The translations under genes and the position numbers were made by a program. From contig CAVVAA010000004.1 in NCBI GenBank assembly GCA_963746115.1, positions 431,218 to 495,217 of the forward strand: 64,000 bases of DNA, read 5' to 3'. The notes under the pieces are model-generated. The model saw nothing but the letters and a program-made list of their open reading frames with translations. It made no database searches and was not told where the DNA came from. Below are positions 44,800 to 52,589 of this stretch, piece by piece. The stretch comes from an uncultured Actinomycetes bacterium. GTDB lineage: Bacteria > Actinomycetota > Thermoleophilia > Gaiellales > JAICJC01. The number at the start of each line of letters is the position of its first letter. Positions within the stretch are counted from its first letter, which is position 1.

Positions 44800-46307
44800 G
44801 CGACGCCGATCTCGTCGTCGGCGTCGACGTCGGCTCGCAGGGCACCTGCGCCCAGGCCATCGCCGCCGACGGGACGCACATCGCCACGAGCTACGTCCCC
44901 CACACGCTCTCCTACCCGCACCCGGGCTGGGCCGAGCAGGACGCGCGCGAGTGGCTCGGCGCGGTCGCGCAGGCGCTGGCCGAGATCCGCCGCGAGGTCG
45001 GAAACCGGCCGCTGCGGGCGATCTCGTTCGGCTCGCAGCTCGACGGGATGGTGCCGGCCGACGCCTCCGGCGAGCCGCTCGGGCCGGCGCTGATCTGGAT
45101 GGACCGGCGCGCGGGCGCCGAGTGCGCCGCCGCCGAGGAGCGGATCGAGCCCGCGCGGCTGCGCGCGCTCACCGGGTGCAACCTCGACCCCGGCCACGTG
45201 GCCGCAAAGATCGCCTGGCTTGCGGGCAACCAGCCCGACCAGCACGCCGCCGCCCGCTGGTTCCTGCTGCCGGGGTCGTTCGTCGCCTGGCGGGCCTCCG
45301 GCGAGGTGGCCGTCGACCACTCCAACGCCTCGTCGTCGATGCTGCTCGACGTCGAGACGGGGGACTGGTGCGGCGAGGCGTGTGCGGCGTTCGGAATCGA
45401 TCCCGGCTCGCTCGCCCCGGTGCGCCCGTCCGACTCGGTGCTCGGCCCCGTCGCGCCCTGGCTGCGCGAGGCGGCCGGCCTCGACCCTTCGACCCTCGTC
45501 GTCCTCGGCTGCGGCGACGAGATGGCGGCGACGCTCGGCGCAGGCGTCGTCGACCCGGGCGCCGTGTGCGACGTCATGGGCACGGCCGAACCGGTGTGCG
45601 CCGTCGCGCCCGGGCCCGCGCTCGACCCGGACGGCGTCACCGAGCTGCATCCGCACGCCGACCCCGGCGGCTGGCTGCTCGAGAACCCCGGCTGGCTCTC
45701 CGGCGGGGCGTACCGGTGGTTCCGCGACGAGCTCGGCTCGGTCGAGGCGGCGCGCGCCGCAGCGACTGGCACCGACGTCTACGAGCTCCTGAACGATCTC
45801 GCCGAGGGCGTGCCCGCCGGGGCGGACGGCGTCCTGTGGGTGCCGGCGCTGGCCGGTGCGATGGCGCCCGAGTGGAACGCCGATGCTCGCGCCGGCTGGT
45901 TCGGCCTCACGGCTGCCCATGGCCGGGCGCACATGGCCCGCGCGCTGCTCGAGGGCAACGCCTATGCGCTGCGCGACGTGCTCGAGGCGATGGGCGCCGC
46001 CGGCCTGCGCGCGACCGAGCTCGTCTGCGTCGCCGGCGGTGCGCGCGGCGGCCTCCTGCGCCAGATCCGGGCGGACGTCACAGGCCTTCCCGTCACCCGC
46101 CCCTACGACGTCGAGACGACCGCCCGCGGCGCCGCGATGCTGGCCGCATCGGGGGCTGGTCTGCACCCGGACGCCCGCACGGCCAGCCTGGCGATGGCCG
46201 GGCCCCGCGTCGAGCCGGCCCTGCCCGACCCGGAACGGCGCGGGCTCTACGACGACCTGCACGCGCGCCACCGGCGCCTCTACGCTGCTCTCAAGCCGCT
46301 CTTCTAG
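44796..46307 (+). CDS. FGGY-family carbohydrate kinase (xylulokinase-like)
   Basis: GTG 44796 overlaps the GntR stop (GTGA). Lies in track ORF 44490..46307. VVGVDVGSQGTCAQ...WMDRRA...CGDEMAATLGAG...VAGGARGGLLRQIRADVTGLPV...ETTARGAAMLA. Confidence 0.88.
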   Translation: MSDADLVVGVDVGSQGTCAQAIAADGTHIATSYVPHTLSYPHPGWAEQDAREWLGAVAQALAEIRREVGNRPLRAISFGSQLDGMVPADASGEPLGPALIWMDRRAGAECAAAEERIEPARLRALTGCNLDPGHVAAKIAWLAGNQPDQHAAARWFLLPGSFVAWRASGEVAVDHSNASSSMLLDVETGDWCGEACAAFGIDPGSLAPVRPSDSVLGPVAPWLREAAGLDPSTLVVLGCGDEMAATLGAGVVDPGAVCDVMGTAEPVCAVAPGPALDPDGVTELHPHADPGGWLLENPGWLSGGAYRWFRDELGSVEAARAAATGTDVYELLNDLAEGVPAGADGVLWVPALAGAMAPEWNADARAGWFGLTAAHGRAHMARALLEGNAYALRDVLEAMGAAGLRATELVCVAGGARGGLLRQIRADVTGLPVTRPYDVETTARGAAMLAASGAGLHPDARTASLAMAGPRVEPALPDPERRGLYDDLHARHRRLYAALKPLF

Positions 46308-46316
46308 GAGGACCCT

Positions 46317-47610
46317 ATGAAGACTGACGCCGTCGACGCGGCCCTGGCCGAGCTGGCCCGGTTCCCGCTCCTCGACTCGCTCTACGGCCGCCGCTCGCGC
46401 CGCTTCCCGATGGGCGGCAGCATCCCCGACGGCCCGCTCGCCTATGCCTCGCAGCACGAGCACGTCCCCCTGAGCGAGCTCGAGACGCTGCTCATCCTGA
46501 CCGCCATGGCGGGCACGACCGGGTGGCACTACGGCATCACCCGCCACGCCCGCTACGCGCCGCACTTCGCCAACTACAACGGCGCCGCCGCCGGCCGCAC
46601 CATCCCCTCGGCGGCCGGGTTCCACACGAGCGAGCTCTTCTACACCGACGACTCCGGCCTCTACTACTTTCCGACCCGCGACGCCGGCGCCCTGGTCGAC
46701 CCGGCCGAGGAGGAGATCACGCCGGCGCTCATGATCGAGCGCCACCGCGACCGGATCGTGAAGCTCTCGGGCGAGCGTCTGCACCTGCCCCGCGAGGAGC
46801 CCTACCTCGAGGGCCACAACACCTGGATCGCGAACGAGCCCGGCTCGCTCCTCGCCATCCCGGTCGCCGACATCGCCCAGCACCACATCGCCAACATCTG
46901 CTTCTTCACCCAGAACGGCTTCTGCCTGGTCGACGACCTGCACGGCCGCCCGATCCCGGGGATCGAGCAGTTCGAGGGCCTCGTCGACACGACGCAGCCC
47001 GTGCCGCTCTCGTTCGTCGAGCAGTACTCGCTCACCGAGGCGACCGCCGAGCTCATGGTGTCGAGCTACAACGGCGCGCTGCTGCTCCAGGCGATGGGCC
47101 TCGGCGGCTGGTCGTACGACGGGATCGAGCACATGGCGCTCCTGGGCGCGTCGGGCGAGCCGGACGTGCCCGGCCTGGGCTTCCGCTTCGACACCGACCC
47201 GCGCTGGGGCACGCCCAACCCGACCGGGCGCACCGACGGCACCTTCCACGCGTTCTGCCCACCGCACTTCCCGACGATGGCCGCCGCGGTCGAGGCGTTC
47301 GCCGAGCGCAAGTTCGGCCCCGGCGGGCCGTACCACCCGGACACGCCCGGGGCGTGGACCGAGTCGTCGGCGATCCGGGCATCGGCGGAGCCATATTCGG
47401 AGGAGTTCAAGGCGTGCGTGACGCTCCAGTGCGACTACACGCTCGAGACGTGGGGCAAGTTCCCCGGCACCGTCCCCAGCGTGTGGGTGATGAACGTGCT
47501 CCAGGCGCAGCACCTCGACCTCGATTTCTACGACCGGTTCTTCCGGCCGGGCGCCGTCCTCGACACGCACCGGCGCCACTTCGACGTCTGGCACCGCAGA
47601 CGACGGGTGA
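46317..47610 (+). CDS. Conserved-looking protein of unknown function (~430 aa), possibly nitroreductase/SagB-like fold. The 3' end is unresolved.
   Basis: ATG 46317. LYGRRSRRFPMGG (an RRSxRxF-type motif). The track ORF runs on to 48515 through the family-B repeat and the next gene. A TGA at 47608-47610 lies in the +1 frame just before the repeat, so the listed end is provisional. Confidence 0.5.
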
Positions 47611-47617
47611 GAGGGCC

Positions 47618-47650
47618 GGTGCCTGGCACCGCGACGCGGTGCCAGGCACC
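47618..47650. repeat. Palindromic 13-mer pair, family B (GGTGCCTGGCACC-gcgacgc-GGTGCCAGGCACC)
   Basis: Exact copies 7 nt apart, between co-directional genes, 15 nt upstream of GTG 47665. Confidence 0.9.
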
Positions 47651-47664
47651 TGTAGAGTCGGGCC

Positions 47665-48783
47665 GTGGGAGGCACGGCGATCGCGCGGGTCGAGGTCTAC
47701 GGCTACGAGCTGACGTACGTCGGCGAGGAGTACGTGATGTCGGGCGGGCGCTCGATCGCGTCGCTCGACTCGACGGTCGTGCGCGTGGTCACCGAGGACG
47801 GGGTCGAGGGCTACGGCGAGACGTGCCCGCTCGGGAGCACCTATCTGGCCGCGCACGCCGAGGGCGCGCGGGCCGCGCTGCGCGAGCTCGCGCCCGCGGT
47901 GGTCGGTGCCGACCCGGCCGGGTTCCTCGCCCTCGGCGACCGCATGGACGCCGCCCTGACCGGGCACGAGTACGCCAAGAGCGCGATCGATGTCGCCTGC
48001 TGGGATGCGGCCGCCCGCGCCCAGGGCGTCTCGGTGACGACCCTCCTCGGCGGCCTCCGCAACGAGTCGTTCCCGCTCTACGTCGCGATCCCGCTCGGAG
48101 ACCCGGCGGCGATGGCCGACCACGTCGCGGCGCTGCGGGCCGAGGGCATCACGCGGTTCCAGCTCAAGGTCGGGGACAGTCCCCGGGTCGACGCCGAGCG
48201 CGTCCGGGCGGTGCTCCCCAGGTGCGGGCCGGACGACGTCGTGATCGCCGATGCGAACGGGCGCTACACGACGCAGGAGGGCGTCGCGGCCGTCGGCCTG
48301 CTGGCAGGGCTCGACCGCGTGTACGTCGAGCAGCCCTGCCCCACGCTCGAGGCCTGCCGGTACGTGCGCGAGCGCTCGGCGCTCCCGTTCGTCCTCGACG
48401 AGTGCATCTCCGACGTCCCGTCGCTCGTGCGCGCGCACGACGCGCGGGCGATGGAGGCGTTCAACCTCAAGATCTCGAAAGTGGGCGGTCTGACAAAGGC
48501 ACGCCAGATGCGTGACCTGGCCGACGCGCTCGGCCTCTCGGTCACGATCGAGGACACGTGGGGCGGCGATCTCGTGACGGCGGCCGTTTCGCACCTTGCG
48601 GCCAGCACGAGGGCACGTACGCTCTTCACGGTGTCGTTCATGAACGACTGGACCAACGAGCACGTGGCCGGGTACGAGCCCCGGTCTTCGGCTGGGCGCG
48701 GGTCGGCGCCGGCCGGCCCCGGGCTGGGGGTCGACGTGGATCTGGGCAGGTTGGGGGCGCCACTCTGGAGCACTGCGGAATGA
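47665..48783 (+). CDS. Enolase-superfamily enzyme (mandelate racemase / muconate lactonizing enzyme family)
   Basis: 372-aa ORF. KSAIDVACWD...FQLKVG...ADANGRYT...YVEQPC...LDECI...FNLKISKVGGLT. Confidence 0.88.
   Translation: MGGTAIARVEVYGYELTYVGEEYVMSGGRSIASLDSTVVRVVTEDGVEGYGETCPLGSTYLAAHAEGARAALRELAPAVVGADPAGFLALGDRMDAALTGHEYAKSAIDVACWDAAARAQGVSVTTLLGGLRNESFPLYVAIPLGDPAAMADHVAALRAEGITRFQLKVGDSPRVDAERVRAVLPRCGPDDVVIADANGRYTTQEGVAAVGLLAGLDRVYVEQPCPTLEACRYVRERSALPFVLDECISDVPSLVRAHDARAMEAFNLKISKVGGLTKARQMRDLADALGLSVTIEDTWGGDLVTAAVSHLAASTRARTLFTVSFMNDWTNEHVAGYEPRSSAGRGSAPAGPGLGVDVDLGRLGAPLWSTAE
48172..48184. repeat. Single family-A 13-mer (GGGGACAGTCCCC) inside the enolase-superfamily CDS
   Basis: Exact match, translated as GDSP in KVGDSPRVD. 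May be coincidental because it is unpaired. Confidence 0.35.
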
Positions 48784-48784
48784 C

Positions 48785-49798
48785 GTGAGCGGCCCGCCGA
48801 GCCTCAGCCTGCGCGAGGTCGCCGACCGCGCCGGAGTGGCGATGTCGTCGGTCTCGCGCGTCCTCTCGGGGCATCCGGACGTGAGCGTGGCGATGCGCGC
48901 GCGGGTGATGGCCGTCGTGGAGGAGCTGGGCTACGAGCCGAACATGCTCGCCGCCAGCCTGCGCCGGGGCTCGACCATGACGGTCGCGGCGATGGTGCGC
49001 GACGTCTCGGCGCCCTTCTATGCGGCCATGGCGCTCGCGGCCGAGGGCGGTCTGCGCGAGGCGGGGTACGCGATGCTCGTGTCGAGCTCGCAGGGCTCGC
49101 CGGAGCTGGACGCCGCACAGATCGTCCAGTTCCGGCGCCGGCGCGTGGACGGCCTCCTGCTCTCGGTCGCCGACGAGTCCGACGCGGCGACGCAGGAGGA
49201 GGTACGGCGTCTGCAGGCGCCGGTCGTCCTCGTCGACTGCGAGCTGGCCGGGGTGGCGGGGACGAGCGCGGTCCTGTGCGACCACGCGGCGGGCATCGAG
49301 CGCGTCGTGGAGCAGCTGCGCGGGCTCGGCCACCGCCGGATCGCGCTCGTCGCCGGGCGGGTGGCGTCGCGGCCGGCCCGGGAGCTGGCACGCGCCTTCG
49401 AGACCACCTGCGGCTGGCTCTCGATCGCTGCGACGGTGGAGCGCGACGTGGTCGACCCGGCCGCTGCGGAGACCGCGACGGCGCGGGTGCTCGACCGGTC
49501 CGACCGGCCGACCGCGGTCGTCTCCGGCTCGGCGGCGATCCTGCCCGGCGTCCTGCACGCCGCCCGCGCGCGGGGGCTTCGCGTCCCGGCCGACCTCTCG
49601 GTGGTGACGTTCGACGACGCGCCGCTGCTCGAGGCCGTGGAGCCGCCCATCGCCGCGTTCGACCGCGACCCGGTGGCGGTCGGGCGGGAGGCGGCTCGCC
49701 TGCTCCTCGCCCGCATCGGCGGTGGGCCGCCGGAGACGTCGTCGGTCGCGATCCAGTTCACCCCGCGGGCGAGCTGCGCGCCGGCCCCCGGAGTCTGA
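48785..49798 (+). CDS. LacI-family transcriptional regulator
   Basis: 337-aa ORF. HTH SLREVADRAGVAMSSVSRVLSG, followed by a periplasmic-binding-protein-like sugar-binding domain. Confidence 0.9.
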   Translation: MSGPPSLSLREVADRAGVAMSSVSRVLSGHPDVSVAMRARVMAVVEELGYEPNMLAASLRRGSTMTVAAMVRDVSAPFYAAMALAAEGGLREAGYAMLVSSSQGSPELDAAQIVQFRRRRVDGLLLSVADESDAATQEEVRRLQAPVVLVDCELAGVAGTSAVLCDHAAGIERVVEQLRGLGHRRIALVAGRVASRPARELARAFETTCGWLSIAATVERDVVDPAAAETATARVLDRSDRPTAVVSGSAAILPGVLHAARARGLRVPADLSVVTFDDAPLLEAVEPPIAAFDRDPVAVGREAARLLLARIGGGPPETSSVAIQFTPRASCAPAPGV

Positions 49799-49803
49799 CC
49801 CGG

Positions 49804-50616
49804 CTAAGCGGCGTCGAACAGCAGCCGGTCGAGGCCGCGCACGAGCCCGGCCCGCTCGCGGACGCGGCGGGCGGCGAGCAGCGAGCCGGCCACGAAGATG
49901 GCGGAGTCGCCCTGCTCGTCATGGCGGAGGATCAGGCGTTCGCCCGGCAGCCCGAACACGACCTCGACGGCGGGATTCGATCCGGCCAGCCGCACCGAGT
50001 GCACCCGGGCGCCGCCGATCTCGGCGCCGCGCGCCTCCGGTGGGCCGACCGGCTCGGCGACCGCCGGCGTGGGCTCGCCGGCGCGCTCGTGCGCGAGCAG
50101 CTCGGCCAGCTCCCGGGCGGTGCCGCTGGGCGCGTCCGGCTTGGCGGCCGAGCCGTACTCGATGATCTCCCAGTCGGGGACGTGCCGGGCCGCGAAGCGG
50201 GCCAGGTGCTGCATCAGCGCCGCGGTGACCGAGAAGTTGCCGGTCGCCACGCCGACGCCGGCGGCGCGGGCGGCGGCGTCGATCCGGTCGAAGTCCGCGT
50301 CCGTGAGGCCGGTCGTCCCGATCACCACCGGCACCGATCGCTCGAGGGCGAGGTCGACGTTGCGGCGGACGACTGCCGGGTGCGTGTAGTCGATCAGGAC
50401 GTCGGGGCGGCGGTCGAGGGCGCGGGCGAGGTCGTCCTCGACCGCGACGCCGACGGGCGCGCCGAGCACGACCTCGCCGACGTCGCGCCCGATCTCGCGC
50501 CGGGCGACGGCCGAATGCAGCCGGTACCCGGCGGTGGCGACGACCCCGGCGACGAGCTCGCGGCCGACGGCGCCGAGGGCACCCGAGACACAGACCTCGA
50601 TGTCGCGACCCGTCAC
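49804..50616 (-). CDS. Dihydrodipicolinate-reductase (DapB)-like NAD(P)-binding protein with an atypical active-site motif
   Basis: Track ORF 49804..50766 trimmed to GTG 50616. VCVSGALGAVGREL...VIGTTGLT...EIIEYGSAAKPDAPSGTA. Canonical DapB has E-x-H-H-x-x-K-x-DAPSGTA; here the His-His pair is Tyr-Gly. Confidence 0.65.
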   Translation of the reverse strand: MTGRDIEVCVSGALGAVGRELVAGVVATAGYRLHSAVARREIGRDVGEVVLGAPVGVAVEDDLARALDRRPDVLIDYTHPAVVRRNVDLALERSVPVVIGTTGLTDADFDRIDAAARAAGVGVATGNFSVTAALMQHLARFAARHVPDWEIIEYGSAAKPDAPSGTARELAELLAHERAGEPTPAVAEPVGPPEARGAEIGGARVHSVRLAGSNPAVEVVFGLPGERLILRHDEQGDSAIFVAGSLLAARRVRERAGLVRGLDRLLFDAA

Positions 50617-50687
50617 CGGCGCGGATGGTACCCGGGGACGTGATCGTTGCCCGCGCGCCTCGGCGGGAGAAGCCGTACACTCGGGGC

Positions 50688-52559
50688 ATGCTGAGTGTGC
50701 AGGCCACGCCGCCCGCCCATGTCGATGCGCGGCCGGCGATCGTCCGGGTGGCCTGCCCCCGGACACGGCCCCTGGGCGAGTGCGGGTTCCTGCGCGTCCC
50801 GCTCAACCGCCGCCACCCGAACGGGCGCACGATCCGGATCTACTTCGAGCGCTACTTCCGCACGCAGCGGTCGCGGCCGCAGACGTCGACGGTGCTCTCG
50901 ATCGAGGGCGGCCCCGGGTTCTCGACCACCGCCGACCGGGCGGCGCGCCTGCAGCTCTGGCGGCCCGTCTCGGCCCGTCGCGACCTGCTGCTCGTCGACC
51001 TGCGCGGCACGGGCCGCTCGGGCGCGCTCAACTGCCCGGCGTTTCGGCGCCACATCCTGCCGTACGTCGTCCGCGCCGGCCGGTGTGCGGCCCAGATCGG
51101 GCCGAAGCGGGACGACTACGACACCTCGCAGTCCGTGCAGGACCTGAGGGCCGTGGTCGCCGCGCTCGGCATCCACCGCCTCGACGTGTACGGCGACTCG
51201 TACGGGTCGTACGCCGCGCAGGCGTTCGCGATCCGATATCCGCACCTGCTGCGCTCCCTCGTCCTCGACGGCACCTACCAGCTGCCCGGGTCAGACCCCG
51301 CGCTGGCCGACCTCGCCGAGAGCACGCAGAGCTCGCTGCGGCTGGCATGCGAGCGCCGCCCGGGCTGCCCCGCCGGCCGCCATCCGCTGGCCCTGCTCGG
51401 CAGGCTCCTGCGGCAGGTGCGCCGCCACCCGATCGTGGGCACGGCCCCCGACGCCGACGGGACGATGACCCACGTCCGCGCCGATCCCGACACGCTCGGG
51501 CAGCTCGTCCAGTCCGGCTTCTACTACCAGGGCGTGTGGCGCGACATCTTCGCTGCCACGCGCTCCGCCTTCGCCGGGGACACGCAGCCGCTGCTCCGGC
51601 TCGTCGCCGAGACCGAGACGACCGACGGCCCGAACGGGGACCCGCGCGAGTTCACCGAGTCGCTCTACCTGTCGGTGATCTGCCACGACTATCCCGAGCT
51701 GTGGCCGATGGGGACGCCCGTCTCCCAGCGCGCGCCCTTCATCCGCTCCGCGCTCGCCGCCTACCCGCCGGGGACGTTCGCGCCGTTCACCGCGAAGGAG
51801 TGGACCGGGCTCGACTACGAGGGCGCGCTCGCGTGTCTGAACTGGCCGCCGGCCGCGTTCCCCGACCCGCCGGTCTCGCCGTCGGCGCCATACCCCCACG
51901 TGCCGACGCTGATCCTGAACGGCGACCTCGACAACATCACGCCGCTCGCCGACGCCCGCGTCGTCGCGTCGCGGTTCCCCGACAGCACGCTCGTGGTCAT
52001 GCAGAACAGCGGCCACGTCACCGCGCTCCTCGACCAGAACGACTGCGCGTCGCTGATCTACGAGCGCTTCGTGCGCGATCGAAGCCCGGGCGACACGTCC
52101 TGCGCCCACCGCACGCCCGAGGTGCGGGTGGTGCCGTCGTTCCCGCTCACGCTCGCGGGGATGGCTGCCGCGCATCGCTCTCCGGGCGACCAGTCGACCC
52201 TGAACGACCGCCGCATCGCCGCTGCGAGCGCGTCCGCGGTCGCCGATGTGCTGCAGCGGTGGTGGGCGAACCTGAGCGGCAGCGGGGTCGGCCTGCGCGG
52301 CGGCCGCTGGTCCTACTCGGGGGGCGACCTGACCACCTTCACCCTCCACGACGTCGCCTTCGTCCCCGGCGTGAAGGTGAGCGGCACCGTCCGCTGGCGC
52401 TACTCCACCGGCCGTGTGCGCGCGACCGTGGTCACCCGTGCCGGCGGCACGGTCGAGCGGCTGCGGATGGCGTGGTCGCTGCAGGTGCGCGCGGCCCGCG
52501 GGCGGCTGGTCGGCAGCGAGGGCGGCCGCACGCTGCGCCTGCACATGCTCGCCCCCTGA
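50688..52559 (+). CDS. Alpha/beta hydrolase (tripeptidyl-aminopeptidase/TAP-like)
   Basis: ATG 50688 within track ORF 50625..52559. SIEGGPGFS...nucleophile elbow VYGDSYGSY...NGDLDNITP...NSGHV. Confidence 0.75.
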   Translation: MLSVQATPPAHVDARPAIVRVACPRTRPLGECGFLRVPLNRRHPNGRTIRIYFERYFRTQRSRPQTSTVLSIEGGPGFSTTADRAARLQLWRPVSARRDLLLVDLRGTGRSGALNCPAFRRHILPYVVRAGRCAAQIGPKRDDYDTSQSVQDLRAVVAALGIHRLDVYGDSYGSYAAQAFAIRYPHLLRSLVLDGTYQLPGSDPALADLAESTQSSLRLACERRPGCPAGRHPLALLGRLLRQVRRHPIVGTAPDADGTMTHVRADPDTLGQLVQSGFYYQGVWRDIFAATRSAFAGDTQPLLRLVAETETTDGPNGDPREFTESLYLSVICHDYPELWPMGTPVSQRAPFIRSALAAYPPGTFAPFTAKEWTGLDYEGALACLNWPPAAFPDPPVSPSAPYPHVPTLILNGDLDNITPLADARVVASRFPDSTLVVMQNSGHVTALLDQNDCASLIYERFVRDRSPGDTSCAHRTPEVRVVPSFPLTLAGMAAAHRSPGDQSTLNDRRIAAASASAVADVLQRWWANLSGSGVGLRGGRWSYSGGDLTTFTLHDVAFVPGVKVSGTVRWRYSTGRVRATVVTRAGGTVERLRMAWSLQVRAARGRLVGSEGGRTLRLHMLAP

Positions 52560-52589
52560 ATACACGGGGTCTGACCCCGGTTATTCGGG
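52555..52589. terminator. Extended family-C palindrome (imperfect copy of the 38915 element), a putative bidirectional terminator hairpin
   Basis: CCTGAATACACGGGGTC-T-GACCCCGGTTATTCGGG. Contains the TGA stop of the hydrolase (52557-52559) and the TAA stop of the convergent kinase (tta 52581-52583). Confidence 0.55.

Noticed and set aside
44757-47675. A 972-aa minus-strand ORF, along with similar long shadows at 2098-3576(-), 20023-21909(-), 23452-25548(-), 29831-31678(-), 31267-32844(-), 38945-39892(-) and 42162-44258(-).
   Set aside because: All lie opposite genes with clear family motifs. They have no recognisable motifs of their own and show extreme Arg/Ala/Gly/Pro bias. Stop-codon scarcity at about 70% GC explains their length.
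46317-48515. A 732-aa ORF fusing the unknown protein with the enolase-superfamily region.
   Set aside because: Beyond about 47600 it translates the palindromic repeat and then the out-of-frame sequence of the MR/MLE gene. That gene has its own start (47665) and complete family motifs in another frame.
13201-52589. The possibility that the repeated palindromes represent a CRISPR array or CRISPR remnants.
   Set aside because: Copies are dispersed over 40 kb as singles or pairs, with 2-7-nt spacers. There is no regular repeat-spacer periodicity and no cas genes in the window.
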